This document shows, one piece after another, positions 37,987 through 57,889 of a stretch of DNA of 64,000 bases. The position numbers and the translations under genes were made by a program. The DNA is from the human T2T-CHM13v2.0 reference genome, Homo sapiens: the NCBI RefSeq assembly GCF_009914755.1, contig NC_060929.1; one strand, 5' to 3'. The notes beneath the pieces are model-generated. The model was given only the letters and a program-made list of their open reading frames with translations, searched no databases and was not told the DNA's origin. How positions within the stretch are numbered: the stretch's first letter is position 1; every line of letters begins with the position of its first letter.

Positions 37987-38528
37987 TTTGGTGCCAAAGA
38001 CCCGGGACAGGTGGACTCCTTTGGGAGATCAGTCCCCTGTCCTTGCCCTCACTCCATGAGGAGACCCACCTACAACCTCGGGTCCTCAGACCAACCAGCC
38101 CAAGGAACATCTCACCATTTCAAATCAGGTAAGCGGTCTTTTCACTGTTCTCCAGTCTCTCTTGCTACCCTTCAATCTCCCTGTCCTTCCAATTCCAGCT
38201 CTTTTTCCTCTCTAGTAGAGACAAAAGAGATACATTTTATCCATGGACCCAAAACTCCAGCGTCGGTCACGGACTCGGGAAGACAGTCTTCCCTTGGTGT
38301 TTAATCACTGTGGCGATGCCTGCCTGAATATTCACCCACACTCCATTGATGTCTGATTACCGTGGGGACGCCTGCCTTGGTCATTCACCCACATTACCTC
38401 AGTGGCAGGTCAATTGCGGGGACACCTGCTTTGGCTGCTCATCCACATTGCAGCCCAGGGCTGCTCACCGCCCCCCACTGCCCCTTCTCCGTGTCTCTAC
38501 CTTTCTCTTTAAACTCACCTCCTTCACT

Positions 38529-41265
38529 ATGGGCAACCTTCCGCCCTCCATTCCCCCATCTTCTCCCTTAGCCTGTGTTCTTAAAAACCTAAAACCCCTT
38601 CGACTCACACCTGACCTAAAACCTAAACACTTTATTTTCTTCTGCAATACTGCTTGGCCCCAGTACAAACTCGACAGTAGTTCCAAGTAGCCAGAAAACG
38701 GCACTTTTGATTTCTCCATTTTACAAGACCTGGATGATTTTTGTCGAAAAATGGACAAATGGTCTGAGGTGCCTGACGTCCAGGCATTCTTTTACACATC
38801 AGTCCCTCCCTAGTCTCTGTTCCCAATGTGACTCATCCCAAATCTTTCTTCTTTCTCTCCTGTCTGTTCCTTCAGTCTCCACCCCAAGTTCTGAGTCCTT
38901 TGAATCCTTCTTTTCTATGGACTCATCTCACCTCTCCCCTTCTCGCCAGGCTGCTCCTCACCAGGCCGAGCCAGGTCCCAATTCTTCCTCAGCCTCTGCT
39001 CCCCCACTGTATAATCCTCCTATCATCTCCCCTCCTCACACCCGGTCTGGCTTACAGTTTCGTTCCACGACTAGCCCTCCCTCACCTGCCCAACAGTTTC
39101 CTCTTGAAGAGGTGGCTAGAGCTAAAGGCATAGTCAAGGTTAATGCTCCTTTTTTCTTTATCCGACCTCTCCCAAATGAGTTAGCATTTAGGCTCTTTTT
39201 CGTCAAATATAAAAACCCAGCCCAGTTCATGGCCTGTTTGGCAACAACCCTTAGACACTTTACTGTCCTAGACCCCAGAGGAAGGCTGTCTTATTCTCAA
39301 TATGCATTTTATTACCCAATCTGCTCCCGACATTAGAAAAAGCTCCAAAAATTAGATTCCAGCCCTCAAACCCCACAAGAAGACCTAATTAACCTCCCCT
39401 TCAAGGTGGTATACAATAATAGAATAGAGGCAGCCAAGTGGCAACGTATTTCTGAGTTGCAATTACTTGCCTCCACTTTGAGAGAAACCCCAGCCACATC
39501 TCCAGCATACAAGAACTTCAAAACGTCTGAACCACAGTAGCCAGGTGTTCCTCCAGGACTGCCTCCCCCAGGAGATTGTTTCAAGTGCTGGAAATCTGGC
39601 CACTGGGCCAAGGAATGCTCGCAGCCTGGGATTCCTCCTAAGCCATGTGCCAACTGTGCAGGACCCCACTGGAAATTGGACTGTCCAACTCGCCCGGCAG
39701 CCACTCCCAGAGCCCCTGGAATTCTGGCCTAAGGCTCTCTGACTGACTCCTTCCCAGATCTTCTTGGCTTAGCAGCTGAAGACTGATGCCGCCCGATCTC
39801 CTTGGAGGCCCCCCGGACAATCACTGATGCCGAGCTTTGCGCAACTCTTACAGTGGAGGGTAAGGCCGTCCTCTTCTTAATTAATATGGAGGCTACCAAC
39901 TCCACATTACCTTCTTTTCAAGGGCCTGTTTCCCTTGCCTCCATAACTGTTGTGGGTATTGACGGCCAGGCTTCTAAACCTCTTAAAACTCCCCAACTCT
40001 GGTGCCAACTTGAACAACATTCCTTAATGCAGTCCTTTTGAGTTATCCCCACTTGCCCAGCTCCCTTATTAGGTCGAGACATTTTAACTAAATTATCTGC
40101 TTCCCTGACTATTCCTGGGCTACAGCCGTACCTCATTGCCGCCCTTTTCCCCAGTTCGAAGTCTCCTTCACATCCTCACCTTGTATCTCCCCACCTTAAT
40201 CCACAAGTATGGGATACCTCTACTCCCTCTTTGGCAACCGATCATGTGCCCCTTACCATCCCATTAAAACCTAATCACCCTTACCCAGCTCAACGCCAAT
40301 ATCCCATCCCACAACAGGCTTTAAGAGGATTAAAGCCTGATATCACTTGCCTGCTACAGTATGGCCTTTTAAAGCCTATAAATTCTCCTTACAATTCTCA
40401 CATTTTACCTGTCCAAAAACCGGACGAGTCTTACAGGTTAGTTCAGGATCTGAACCTTATCAACCAAATTGTCTTGCCTATCCACCCCGTGGTGCCAAAC
40501 CCATATACTCTCCTATCCTCCACACCTCCCTCCACAACCCATTATTCTGTTCTAGATAAACCTAGCTGACCCCATAAATCCTAAATCCTTCCCCTACTCC
40601 CCTTTCCATTCCTTAAAAAACAGCCCTAAAAGCTGCTCTCACACTAGCTCTCCCTAACTCATCCCAACCCTTTTCATTACACACAGCCGAAGTACAGGGC
40701 TGTGTGGTCAGAATTCTTACACAAGAACCGGGACCGCGCTCTGTAGCCTTTCTGTCCAAACAACTTGACCTTACTGTTTTAGCCTAGCCATGTCTGCGTG
40801 TGGCGGCTGCCACTGCTTTAATACTTTTAGAGGCCCTCAAAATCACAAGCTATGCTCCACTTACTCTCTACAGTTCTCATAACTTTCAAAATCTATTTTC
40901 CTCCTCACACTTGATGCATATACTTTCTGCCCCTCAGCTCCTTCAGCTATACTCCCTCTTTGTTGAGTCTCCCACAATTACCATTGCTCCTGGCCCAGAC
41001 TTCAATCTGGCCTCCCACATTATTCCGGATACCACACCTGATCCCCATGACTGTATCTCTCATCCATGTGACAGTCACTCCATTTCCCCATATTTCCTTC
41101 TTTCCTATTTCTCATCCTGATCACACTTGGTTTATTGATGGCAGTTCCACCAGGGCTAATTGCCACTCACCAGCAAAGGCAGGCTATACTATAGTATTTT
41201 CCATGTTTATCATTGAGGCTACCACTCTGCCCCCCTCCACTACTTCTCAGCAAACCGAACTCATT
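38529..41265 (+). pseudogene. Disrupted HERV-H gag-pro-pol
   Basis: MGNLPPSIPPSSPLACVL (MA); CFKCWKSGHWAKEC and CANCAGPHWKLDC knuckles at about 39575-39685; protease site mutated to LINMEAT; RT N-terminus (YRLVQDL..INQ); RNase H WFIDGSS. Stops, frameshifts and deletions throughout. Confidence 0.9.
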
Positions 41266-41427
41266 AATCTCTCCCACTCTAGGTTCCCATGCTGCCCCTA
41301 ATCCCTTTCAAAGCAGCCCTGAGAACATCACCCATTATCTCTCCATACCACCCCCAAAAATTTTCGCCACCCCAACACTTCACCACTATTTTGTTTTGTT
41401 TTTCTTATTAATATAAGAAGACAGGGA

Positions 41428-42188
41428 TCTCAGGCCTCTGAGCCCAAGCAAAGCCATCATATCCCCTGTGACCTGCAGGTATACATCCAGATGGCCTGAA
41501 GCAACTGAAGATCCACAAAAGAAGTGAAAATAGCCTTAATTGATGACATTCCACCCTTGTGATTTGTTCCTGCCCCACCCTAACTGATATGACATAGTCT
41601 CTGCCGCCCTTAAAAAGGTACTCTGTAATATTCTCCCCTGCCCTTAAGAAGGTACTTTGTAATATTCTCCCCTGCCCTTAAGAAGGTATTTTGTAATATT
41701 CTCCATGCCCTTAAGAATGTACTTTGTACGCCTATCCTAAACCTATAAGAACTAATGATAATCGGGCAGGCACGGTGGCTCACGTCTGTAATCCCAGCAT
41801 TTGGAAGGCCGAGGTGGGTGGATCATGAGGTCAGGAGATCAAGACCACGGTGAAACCCTGTCTCTACTAAAAATACAAAAGAAAAAAAATTAGCCAGGCA
41901 TGGTGGCGGGCGCCTATAGTCCCAGCTACTCAGGAGGCTGAGGCAGGAAAATGGCATGAACCCGGGAGGCAGAGCTTGTAGTGAACCAAGACTGAGCCAC
42001 TGCACTCTAGCCTGGGCAACACAGCAAGACTCTGTCTCAAAAAAAAAAAAAAAAAGAACTAATGATAATCCCACCACCCTTTGCTGACTCCTTTTTGGAC
42101 TCAGCCCACCTGCACCCAGGTGAAATAAACAGCCTTGTTGCTCACAGAAAGCCTGTTTGGTGGTCTCTTCACAAGGATGCGCGTGACA
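41428..42188 (+). mobile_element. HERV-H 3' LTR interrupted by an Alu
   Basis: Copy of the 5' LTR, with two extra 34-bp units and an Alu insert. Confidence 0.95.
41764..42053 (+). mobile_element. AluY (AluYd-like, 12-bp left-arm deletion)
   Basis: AAGACCA^CGGTGAAA deletion. 17-bp TSD AAGAACTAATGATAATC at 41747-41763 and 42054-42070. Confidence 0.9.
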
Positions 42189-43804
42189 CAAATCATACAT
42201 CTGACAATGAGATGTATTGTCAGAGATGTCAATCATAAATCAAATAAGCAACTGTTAAGTAAAATACGTTCCATCCTCTTATTTGACAGAAATAAAAAAA
42301 GAAAGAAAAAAAGAAAAACATAAAGAAAAAAGACATAAAGAAAAAAAGAAAAATTTGTGTTTTGTGTGGTTTTATGTGACTGTTAAATATTAAACAAAAT
42401 TTAATAACGATGCATAAAAGACATAATTCAGAAAGCATATTTATTTCATAAAATTTATTTTTTCTTGCTGTCATTTCAGCAAAATCATTATTATTGCTGT
42501 TAAATTATGTACATAATTTATCTTCTGTTGAAAGTAATGATTCTGAAGGATAAAATTTAGTTGTATTACAGTGTATGAAATGTGAATATATTTTAATGAG
42601 GAATGTAAAGTAAAATAAATGTAAAAATCAAAACATTTAATTTAATTGTTGTCATGTTTTAAGAAGTTTCCTTCTGAAATATTTAAAATTATGTATTAGA
42701 ATTTCAAGCAAAATAGAATGTACAGTGTAGTTAATATCAAAAATGTAGATCAAAAGCACTTAAAGTAAAATTTTTAATTTAGTTTTTTGAAAATGTAATT
42801 ATCATCAAATATTATTATAAAATCAGAACTATTTGCATTTTAGCATTTACTGTCTATCTAATTGCCAGTATAAACCATCATTAAGAGATGTTACAGTTTA
42901 AGCCTAAATACCTGCAACTTTAAGAGACTATGAATTGTTTAATATTGCAAAATATTTCTCAGTTGATCTTTGCTCAGTGCAACTTTGTGAGTTTCCCGTT
43001 TCACTGGTACCTCTGGAATTGTGAATTGAAAGATAATGAAAAGGAAGAATATAGATGCTGTTTGACCTTACTGGGAAAGAATACTTCTACATAAAAGAAT
43101 CTATTTTATTCTTGCTAAGAGGACAGTGTGAAAAGTTAATTAATTTGTCTTTTGTTTTTAAACTGTTACTACTGTTTAAATCTTCCTGCATTCTGAAGCT
43201 GTTTGTTTCTCTGATGTCAGCAGCAGTACAAACCACAAACCTTCAAGTTTATGGACACAGTGACTTTTTGTTTTAAGGACATAGGGGAAGAGAGGTGGAG
43301 AAGAATTTCCCTATGACCAGAATGATCCTGAAGGGTGACTGATAAGTGAATTGTGTGTGTGTGTTTATGATATGCAGAGCCCTCTACTGTGTGGATCCCA
43401 GGGCAGTGGCCCCTCTAGCTCAGGTGTAAGGATGGTCCTGTAAGGGATGACATATGGCAGAGGAGAGGTAATGAACATTTTCACTGTTCATCCTACTTGA
43501 TTATCAGAGGGTTGAGCACTGTAGACTTTCATCGTCTTGAAACACCTTTTCCTTGTCTTTTGTTATACCACCCTTTCTGACTTTCTTCCCAACTCCTCAG
43601 CTACTTTTTCTCAGTCTCCTTTGCAAGACCATCTTCCTCAACCCAATATTAATGCACAACGAGGCTCAGTTTATAGGCCCTCTACACCCACAGCTTTAAA
43701 TATGGTCTATTTGCCATTGATGACTACTCAGCATCTACATTTGGACATCTTTAAGGAACCACAAATTTTAACATTATTAAGATCCAATTCATATTTTGCT
43801 TGAT

Positions 43805-45050
43805 ATTTTATGATTGCCCTTCTAGATCCACTCTTCATTCCTTTCCATCCTTATGTGTGTCCTGAGAGGGTATCCTGTGGGTATATTCTACCTCAACAGA
43901 CTCTCTTGTTGTATAAATTTCCTTTGCATTTGGATTTGGGTTTGAAGATTCCTGGTAGAAAATCTGAGGGAGGGCAAAAAGTAAGGTAGAGGTATTTGTT
44001 CCCTTAGCTACCTCCATCCAGGGTTGCCTAGGCCTGGGAGCAGAACCTCTTGCCCAAATATCTTATCTCCTATCATGTGACTTCCTAAACTAGGTTCCCA
44101 TAATTGCTCCTTCTCTTTGCCTTTTGGAAATTCTACTATTTACAGTCCCAGAGTATTGCACTATTTCTCATGGTTTGTCCTACTCTGATTGCACTTTTAT
44201 AAATAGTCCCTTCAAATTACCCAATTTGACTGCACCATCTTTTTCCCACTGGGAACTTAATTGGCACAGTAATTGATACTGTGACTGGTCCCAGAAAACA
44301 AAGTAAAATCCTTAAAATCCTGGACTGGATTGTGCAATATTTGAAGAGTACAGGGGGAATGGGGTATGGACAATCCTTGACATATAGTAGTATCACAGTT
44401 ACTCAAACTGTCACTGGTGATGACACAGGAGGTCAAGGTTTTGGGAAATCAAGTAGCGGTAAAACTTGATTGCTACGAGTTCTACAGATCTTAGGAACTA
44501 TAGTGTCATCTGGGTTGTTCTAAAGGCCCTAGGGAGAATAAGTAGGGACAAAGAGAAATGAAATTGCCAGATGAGAATTTATGTGGAAAATCAGAGAGCC
44601 CTGAATGCAACTTTAAAAGCACATCTTATTTCCAATAACTGCAGGAGGAGGTAGTTGAGAACTAAGCTTAGGATCTGATTATAAGGGTTGCAGCATTAAT
44701 TAAATGCTCAAGTTCATGAGGCTTATTATATTAAAATATAGACACTTAGGGGGAATGAATGCAACCCTGTCCCCTGAGTCATGGAATGATTCATACTACT
44801 GCAAAGAAAGTATGACAATGCGTTCACACCACTGGAATTCACTAGTCTTGCCCATCTCCAAAAAGGAGCTGGATCACCAGAAGAGCAGAATAGCCTGCTG
44901 ACCTCACAATTTTGGCACCAGCTAAAAGAAAGCACCTTCAAGGTTAGGGGGCTATCCTGCAAGATACGGCAAATGCCTTAAATGAGCAACATCTCTCTAT
45001 ATCTTTCTCTACAGGTAGAATGAATGGGTCTGGAGACCAAGCAAACATGT
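43805..45050 (+). mobile_element. LTR33-like LTR (to about 44268) followed by ERVL internal fragment
   Basis: ttgcccttctagatccactct...aaatagtcccttcaaattacccaatttga...CA, then gtaattgatac..ggtcccagaaaaca leader. Confidence 0.65.
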
Positions 45051-45059
45051 GACATTTGC

Positions 45060-46800
45060 AAAAATGTATAGTGTACAAGGCTACAAAACAAGGCTTAATA
45101 AATTCCTAAGAATGGATGCTATACAGCTTGTTCTCCGAAAAGAGTGCAGCAAAATTAGAAACCAACGTTAAAAGGAGATTAGAAACCCTCATATGTTTTG
45201 AAATTTTAAAAAACACTACAAAAACATTCATGGGTACAATATGGCAAGAGAAAAAATAAAAGGTATAGCGTTTGGAATGGAAGTAATAAAATCGTCATTA
45301 TTTGCAGATGACATGAATTGGAAAAGAAAATGAATCTTGATACTTTTGTCATGCAATATAAAAAATCAGTATAAAATGGATCACAAACAAATGTAAAGGT
45401 AAAAGAGTGAAGCTTTTAAAAAATACATAAGAGAATCTTCATGGCCTTGAGGAGGGTAAACCTTTCTTAAACAGGACACTAAAAGCACTGCCAATGAGAG
45501 AAAAAAAAAGATTTCATTGAAGTACAAACTTTTGTTAATAAAAAGAGATTATTTAGAGAGTGAAAAGACAAACTACCAACTGAGAGAAGAAATTCACAAT
45601 ACATATATCTGTTAAAAGACATATGCAGAATATGCAAAGAACTCTTACAACTCAATTATAAAAAGACAATAATGCAATTTAGAAATCAGAAAAAGGTTTG
45701 AATTAACATTTCATAAAAGAAGATATGCAAATGACCAATTAGCATATAAAAAGGAGTTCAGAATTATAGTCAGCAGGTAAATGAAACATGAATGACATTA
45801 AGGTACTACGCTTCACACCAAAATAAGTAAAATTTAGAAAAAAACTGACAATACCAAATATGATGGAACGTGGAATGACCAACTCTCACACATATACTGG
45901 TGGGAGTGTAAGTTGGTAAAAACCACTATGAAAAACAATTTGGAAATATCTAATAAAGCTAAATATATGTCTATTCTATAATTCAAAAATTCTACTGCTA
46001 GCTATATTCCCAACAGAAATGAGTAAAAATGTCCAGCAAAAGACATTTATAAGAACTTTCATACTAGTTTTACTCATAATAGCCCCACACTGGAAGCAAT
46101 ACAAATATGACTTGAGAGTAGAATGGACAAATAAGTATATTCATTGTCAGTAATGGAGAGGGGGAAAAAACCTGTTGCTTTAATATGAATAAATCTCACA
46201 GACATAATGATGAGTGAAAGAAATCAGTCACAAAATGGGACACATGGTTCCTTCTAGATGATATTAAGAAGAGGTAAGACTAATCCATGGTATTAGTCAA
46301 TAGCGGTTATCTCTTGGGGGGTATTTTGGGGAAAGAGGTATAGAAAAGTTCTTTGGGTTGCTGGAAATGTTTTATATCTTGATCTGGGCAGTAGCTACAC
46401 AAGTGTAGACATATGTAAAATTCACTGAGTTATTCACTTAATTATGCACTTTATATATAATAAGCCTTCATAACAATGTTTCTTAAGTCACAATAAAATT
46501 TTAATGAGAATTATAAAATATTTAGAACTGGATGACATAGAAAGCACTGCATGTCAAAACTTGTGGGATACAGCTAATGCAGTACTTAGAAGGCAATTTA
46601 TAGCCTTAATTGCATATATTACAAAACAAGAAAGATGAAAAATTAATGAGCTATTCAACTAAAAAATTGCTAGAAGAAGGACCATAGAGAAACTCCAAAC
46701 AAAATAGAAGAAAGAATATATGTTGAAAGTAGAAATTAATACAATATAAAACAAAAATAGTAGTACAGAAGATGACAAACACAGAAAGAGAGAACGATAA
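45060..46800 (+). mobile_element. Fragmented L1ME/L1M
   Basis: tcattatttgcagatgacatg, ctggtgggagtgtaa, aatctcacagacataatg..gagtgaaagaa, aaacttgtgggatacagctaa. Confidence 0.75.
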
Positions 46801-47199
46801 ATAGAAACTATGAACAAATGAAGAGCAGAAATGAGTTAGTAGCTACAAAAACAGAAGAAACAGAAGCACCATAATGGTTGGATACTACAGGAGGAAGCAT
46901 GCCAGACTCTAAGACTCCAAGATGTGGCAAATTTTTAGAGTGGCTATTTTGCTCCAGAGTTGCAGTCAGACTGCTGGAGCTACAGTTGTGTAGGAATTAT
47001 GCTGCATTTCTCCATGAAAATGGTTGAGACTATTTCTCATCTACTTTATTTCCACACAAATGATTGCAATAAAATCTTGACCCTAGATATAACTTGAACT
47101 TTAACTCTTGCAACCTGTTACATTTACCCAATTGACATCCTTTCTCTCTTCTTTTGCTAACCGCATACAATTCAGCATTCTGGGATGCACCCCCCACAT

Positions 47200-47598
47200 T
47201 TTATGATTACATATGAGTCTTGTTTCCTGAGATGCAGGCCCGACCCCCTTCCCAGCCAAGCCAATCAATGTCATTCCTATGGATGGCTTTTCCTAAAACC
47301 ACTGGGAAGAAGGCAATCTTTTTTTCCTTAAGGTTACTAGCTGGGTCGAATTAGACCCAGAGTTACTGAAGACTATCTTTCCAAAACAACGAAAATAATG
47401 CCTTGCCTGAGAATGAAGTTGACATAGAGGAAAGCAGAGCAGAGATGGGGAATGAGGCAGCAAGGTGTAAGAGAGACTGATTGCTAACAATATTGTTAAG
47501 GCCCTGGATCCAGCCATGGCTGGACCCATAATCAATTGCTTTTTTGCTTAAACTAGTTTGTTTTAGATGTCTGCACTTGCAACCCAAATTGCCCTAAT
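47200..47598 (+). mobile_element. Old MLT1 (J/K-like) LTR
   Basis: gccctggatccagccatg...tttgcttaaactagtttg...cacttgcaacc..ccctaata 3' end. Confidence 0.6.
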
Positions 47599-49481
47599 AG
47601 CAATAATTGACCAGTATTAAAAAAAAAAATCTGTCTCAACATTTTTTTTTAAATCTCACCTGCTCACAGGATCTTCATATAGGTTTCCCTTAGTGTTACA
47701 CTTACATTTTCTGTTCAAATTAGTGCCTGTAAGATGGTTCTATATTATGCATCAACATATTCAAAGTCTTTGCTAAATTGCAGATTCAAAGTTTTTGCTA
47801 GATTACAAGTTTTAGAAGATTCACTCAATGGGTTTAAGTTTAAATTTGAGAGAAGAATAAAATAATCTAGCAAAGCCCATGTTCATTCAGTACAGGTAAT
47901 ACAAATAGAGCTTTTCTGAGGAATCATTGTCTTCTGTGGAGCCTCTGTGTGCAGGCTGCTAAAACGAGATTTACAATTACTGGCACAATCAAAACGCTCA
48001 GAATGATTGGGGCTCTTAGAAACTGTTGAACTCTCACGGTTTTCCAAATACTTGGCATTCAACTCATCTGAATATCACCCTCAATTTCCCCCACAGAATC
48101 TAAGAGTAAAGAAAATAAAATCTCATTGCCAACAGAGCCAGCAGAATGAGTGCTGAGCTAATCTCCATTTCACCCTGTGACCTACCCCCAGACTGAGCGA
48201 GCCCTCAGCCAACACTCATAAATGTGCTCTCCTCCAGAGAAAAAGCTCAGCATTCCTACACTAGAGATTCTGAACAGATTTTCTGGTGCTTTCAAAGAAT
48301 ACAACATGGCTCTAAGAAAGCTTAGAGTTTTTATTGTTACAGTTTTCAATTCCAATTTTAATAGAGTAAATTTTGACAGCAAATCTTTCTTCTTAGTTAA
48401 TGCTTACCAGTGGTTAATTGGACATAATTTTAGAGACTGTAGATGACTGGATTACTCTTCCCTCAAAAGCAGAATCTTAACTAATGAAATGTACAGCTTC
48501 CTGAAGGAGGCTATTCAAAGAAAAACCCTGCAGTCTCCAGGCAAACAAGTCCTCTCACAATGGCTTTGATGGATTTTGTGTATAGAATTTTCCTCTCTGA
48601 CTGGACTAAGCAAGTCGCATTCTTTCTTAAGAGATGCTGAAAACTAACTACTTTTCAGTAACAACCAATAGAAGTATTTCTTTCAGCTTGCTGCCTTGTT
48701 CATTTTATTTCTAAAAACTGATAGCACAGTATCGATATAAGGCTCTATACTGAATCCCTTTTACAAATATTAAATTATTGGAGTAAAGTCAGATAAGACT
48801 ACATATAAAGTTCTCCCAAGAGGTGAAAAAACAAGAAGCATATTTGCCTCCTATCAGGAGTATCTGTGACTTAATACTTGTAAGTAAACTTCTGCAAAAA
48901 AAAAAAAACCAAAAAAACATTTTTTTTTCTTTTGACCAAGGCTCATCATTGTATCTCTGGCATCTTATGTCTTTCTTGAGTAAGTGGATTAATGAATGGA
49001 TAAATTTTGGTTCATCATGGGGTTGGCTTTTAAAAAATTATACTCTGGCATTTAAGATAAATTTATTATTTATTTGTACCATTCTAATAACTTTGGTGTC
49101 AAATAGTTTGCAGTTTAATCTTTGCTGTTTGAGGTTAAGTAGAAACCTTTGTTTTATTAGAGCCTCAAGGTGTCTCTTTTAAAGGAATTGTTCCCTTCTT
49201 AGATTTTTGTCCAAGAATCCTAAAGAGTGGTAGAAAAGGAAAATACAATATTCATCATCTTCCTTGGAATTGGCCGGTAACGGTGTAGCCTGAGAAAAAT
49301 GTCCTGTTCATTAATCGGTGGTAGTCTTGTGGATGCGTAAACAGATCTTTGCACGATGCTGATCTGCAAAATCGAATTGGTCACAGGGTGTCCAGAGATT
49401 TACATTGTTCTACACATCATGTCCAAGTATACTTTCCTCTATAATTTATCCCATTAGTACCACAACGGATTTTAAAAAAAG

Positions 49482-49612
49482 TTTTTTTCTTTTTATAGAG
49501 AAAGGGTCTCACTATGTTGCCAAGGTTTGTCTTGAACTCCTGAGCTCAAATGATCTTCCTGCCTTGGCTTCTGAAAGTGCTGGGATTCCAGGCACAAGCC
49601 ACTGTGCCTGGC
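49482..49612 (-). mobile_element. FLAM/Alu left monomer
   Basis: agggtctcactatgttgcc...aaagtgctgggatt..aggc...cctggcc. Confidence 0.85.
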
Positions 49613-49924
49613 CCTGGACCATGGATTTTTAACCTAGAGAGAAAACTGTCTTCCAGAACTTTTAAGTGATTTGTTCAATTAATAATCTGTCTCTTTTCAT
49701 AGTAATGATTGCCTTTTAGAGTGAGAATTCAGCCTGTAACATCTAGTGTGTGGGGGGGCAGTGTAGGGGGCATTTGTTTATATTGTGTAAGAGCAGCATT
49801 CCTTGCTTTAACTCTTTCAGAAACACCCAAAATCCATCTCTATAAGATTTTCTAGTCTCTCAACTTTTGCTAGCAGGTACCCAACCCACTGTCTTTGCAG
49901 CCTTCATTTAAAAAACAAAATCTG

Positions 49925-50255
<331 letters not shown>

Positions 50256-51059
50256 TTAGCATTATGTCTTGATCTTTTTGAAGCATCAGAGTAGCACACT
50301 GTGGTAGTGATCATTTTTCCTCTGCTACTATGTCAGGAGCTCCACATTTTCTCTCATCTATTCTCACTCAAGGACAAACTTGATTCCTATACCAAAAAAA
50401 AAAAAAAATGCATGAGTTTTCGTATTTATTCCATGTAAATGATGACTTCATTTTTTGAAATAAAGTTACTTTGATGAACTATTAAACTGTTTTCTCCTTC
50501 TCTTCCACAACTTCATCACTGCCTTATTCCAACCTCCTGTTCACTCTCTCATGAGGTCTTCCACCTCACCCCTCGATGGCCACCATCCTGAAATACCCAC
50601 CTACTTGGGGATCACCAATCAAAGAGCCTAGCTTCAGAGTTCGTTGACCTCCTCAGTGCCAGTGATTTCCATCTACAATTCCACAAAAGTAGTTCACATG
50701 GGTCATACTCTGGATCATGTCATTTAAAGCTTTTTTTCCAACTGATATCTTTACCATTAATAGCATACCTTCTGTCAGCAACCTCTTATTCTTCTATCTC
50801 AGCCTTTCACTCACAATATATCTAATCTTACCCAGGTTCATTTATTTGAACCCCTCAATTTTTTTTCCAGTTTACCAACTTAGATGATGCTTTTGTTCTA
50901 TCACTGTATTTGCTTACTTGTCTTCACGCTCTTCTATTTTACTGGACTCAAAACCACAGCCCAGATTCCATCCATCATATTTCTCATCTGCTCATACCCA
51001 TGTTGAGTATAAATGGTGGAAATGACTGTACAATATAAGAGATTAGAAATGCTGGTGAG

Positions 51060-57770
<6,711 letters not shown>

Positions 57771-57889
57771 TCACAAAACTTCCAAATAAAGACTCCAAAC
57801 ATTTCTAATATTAAGGATTAAAATAAATGTGAGCTATACATACATTAAAGAAAGATGAATAAAAACAAGTATGATAATTATTTTTTTAG

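Larger units (their letters stand above)
37599..42188 (+). mobile_element. HERV-H provirus, internally deleted (4.6 kb), two LTR7-family (LTR7C-like) LTRs
   Basis: 5-bp TSD CAAAT (37594-37598, 42189-42193). PBS, gag/pro/pol relics and PPT 41415-41427 present; env and most of pol missing. Confidence 0.95.

Noticed and set aside
38707-39336. 209-aa ORF, the longest in the track
   Set aside because: Frame-shifted piece of decayed HERV-H gag with a non-ATG start; not a separate gene.
41607-41730. 34-bp repeats as a CRISPR-like array (also the 27-bp repeats at 5680)
   Set aside because: Head-to-tail units without spacers, in eukaryotic LTR or intron context.
42360-43440. AT-rich block ending in a hAT-Tip100-like terminus, perhaps continuing 36590-36660
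   Set aside because: Resemblance too weak to name by eye; needs Dfam.
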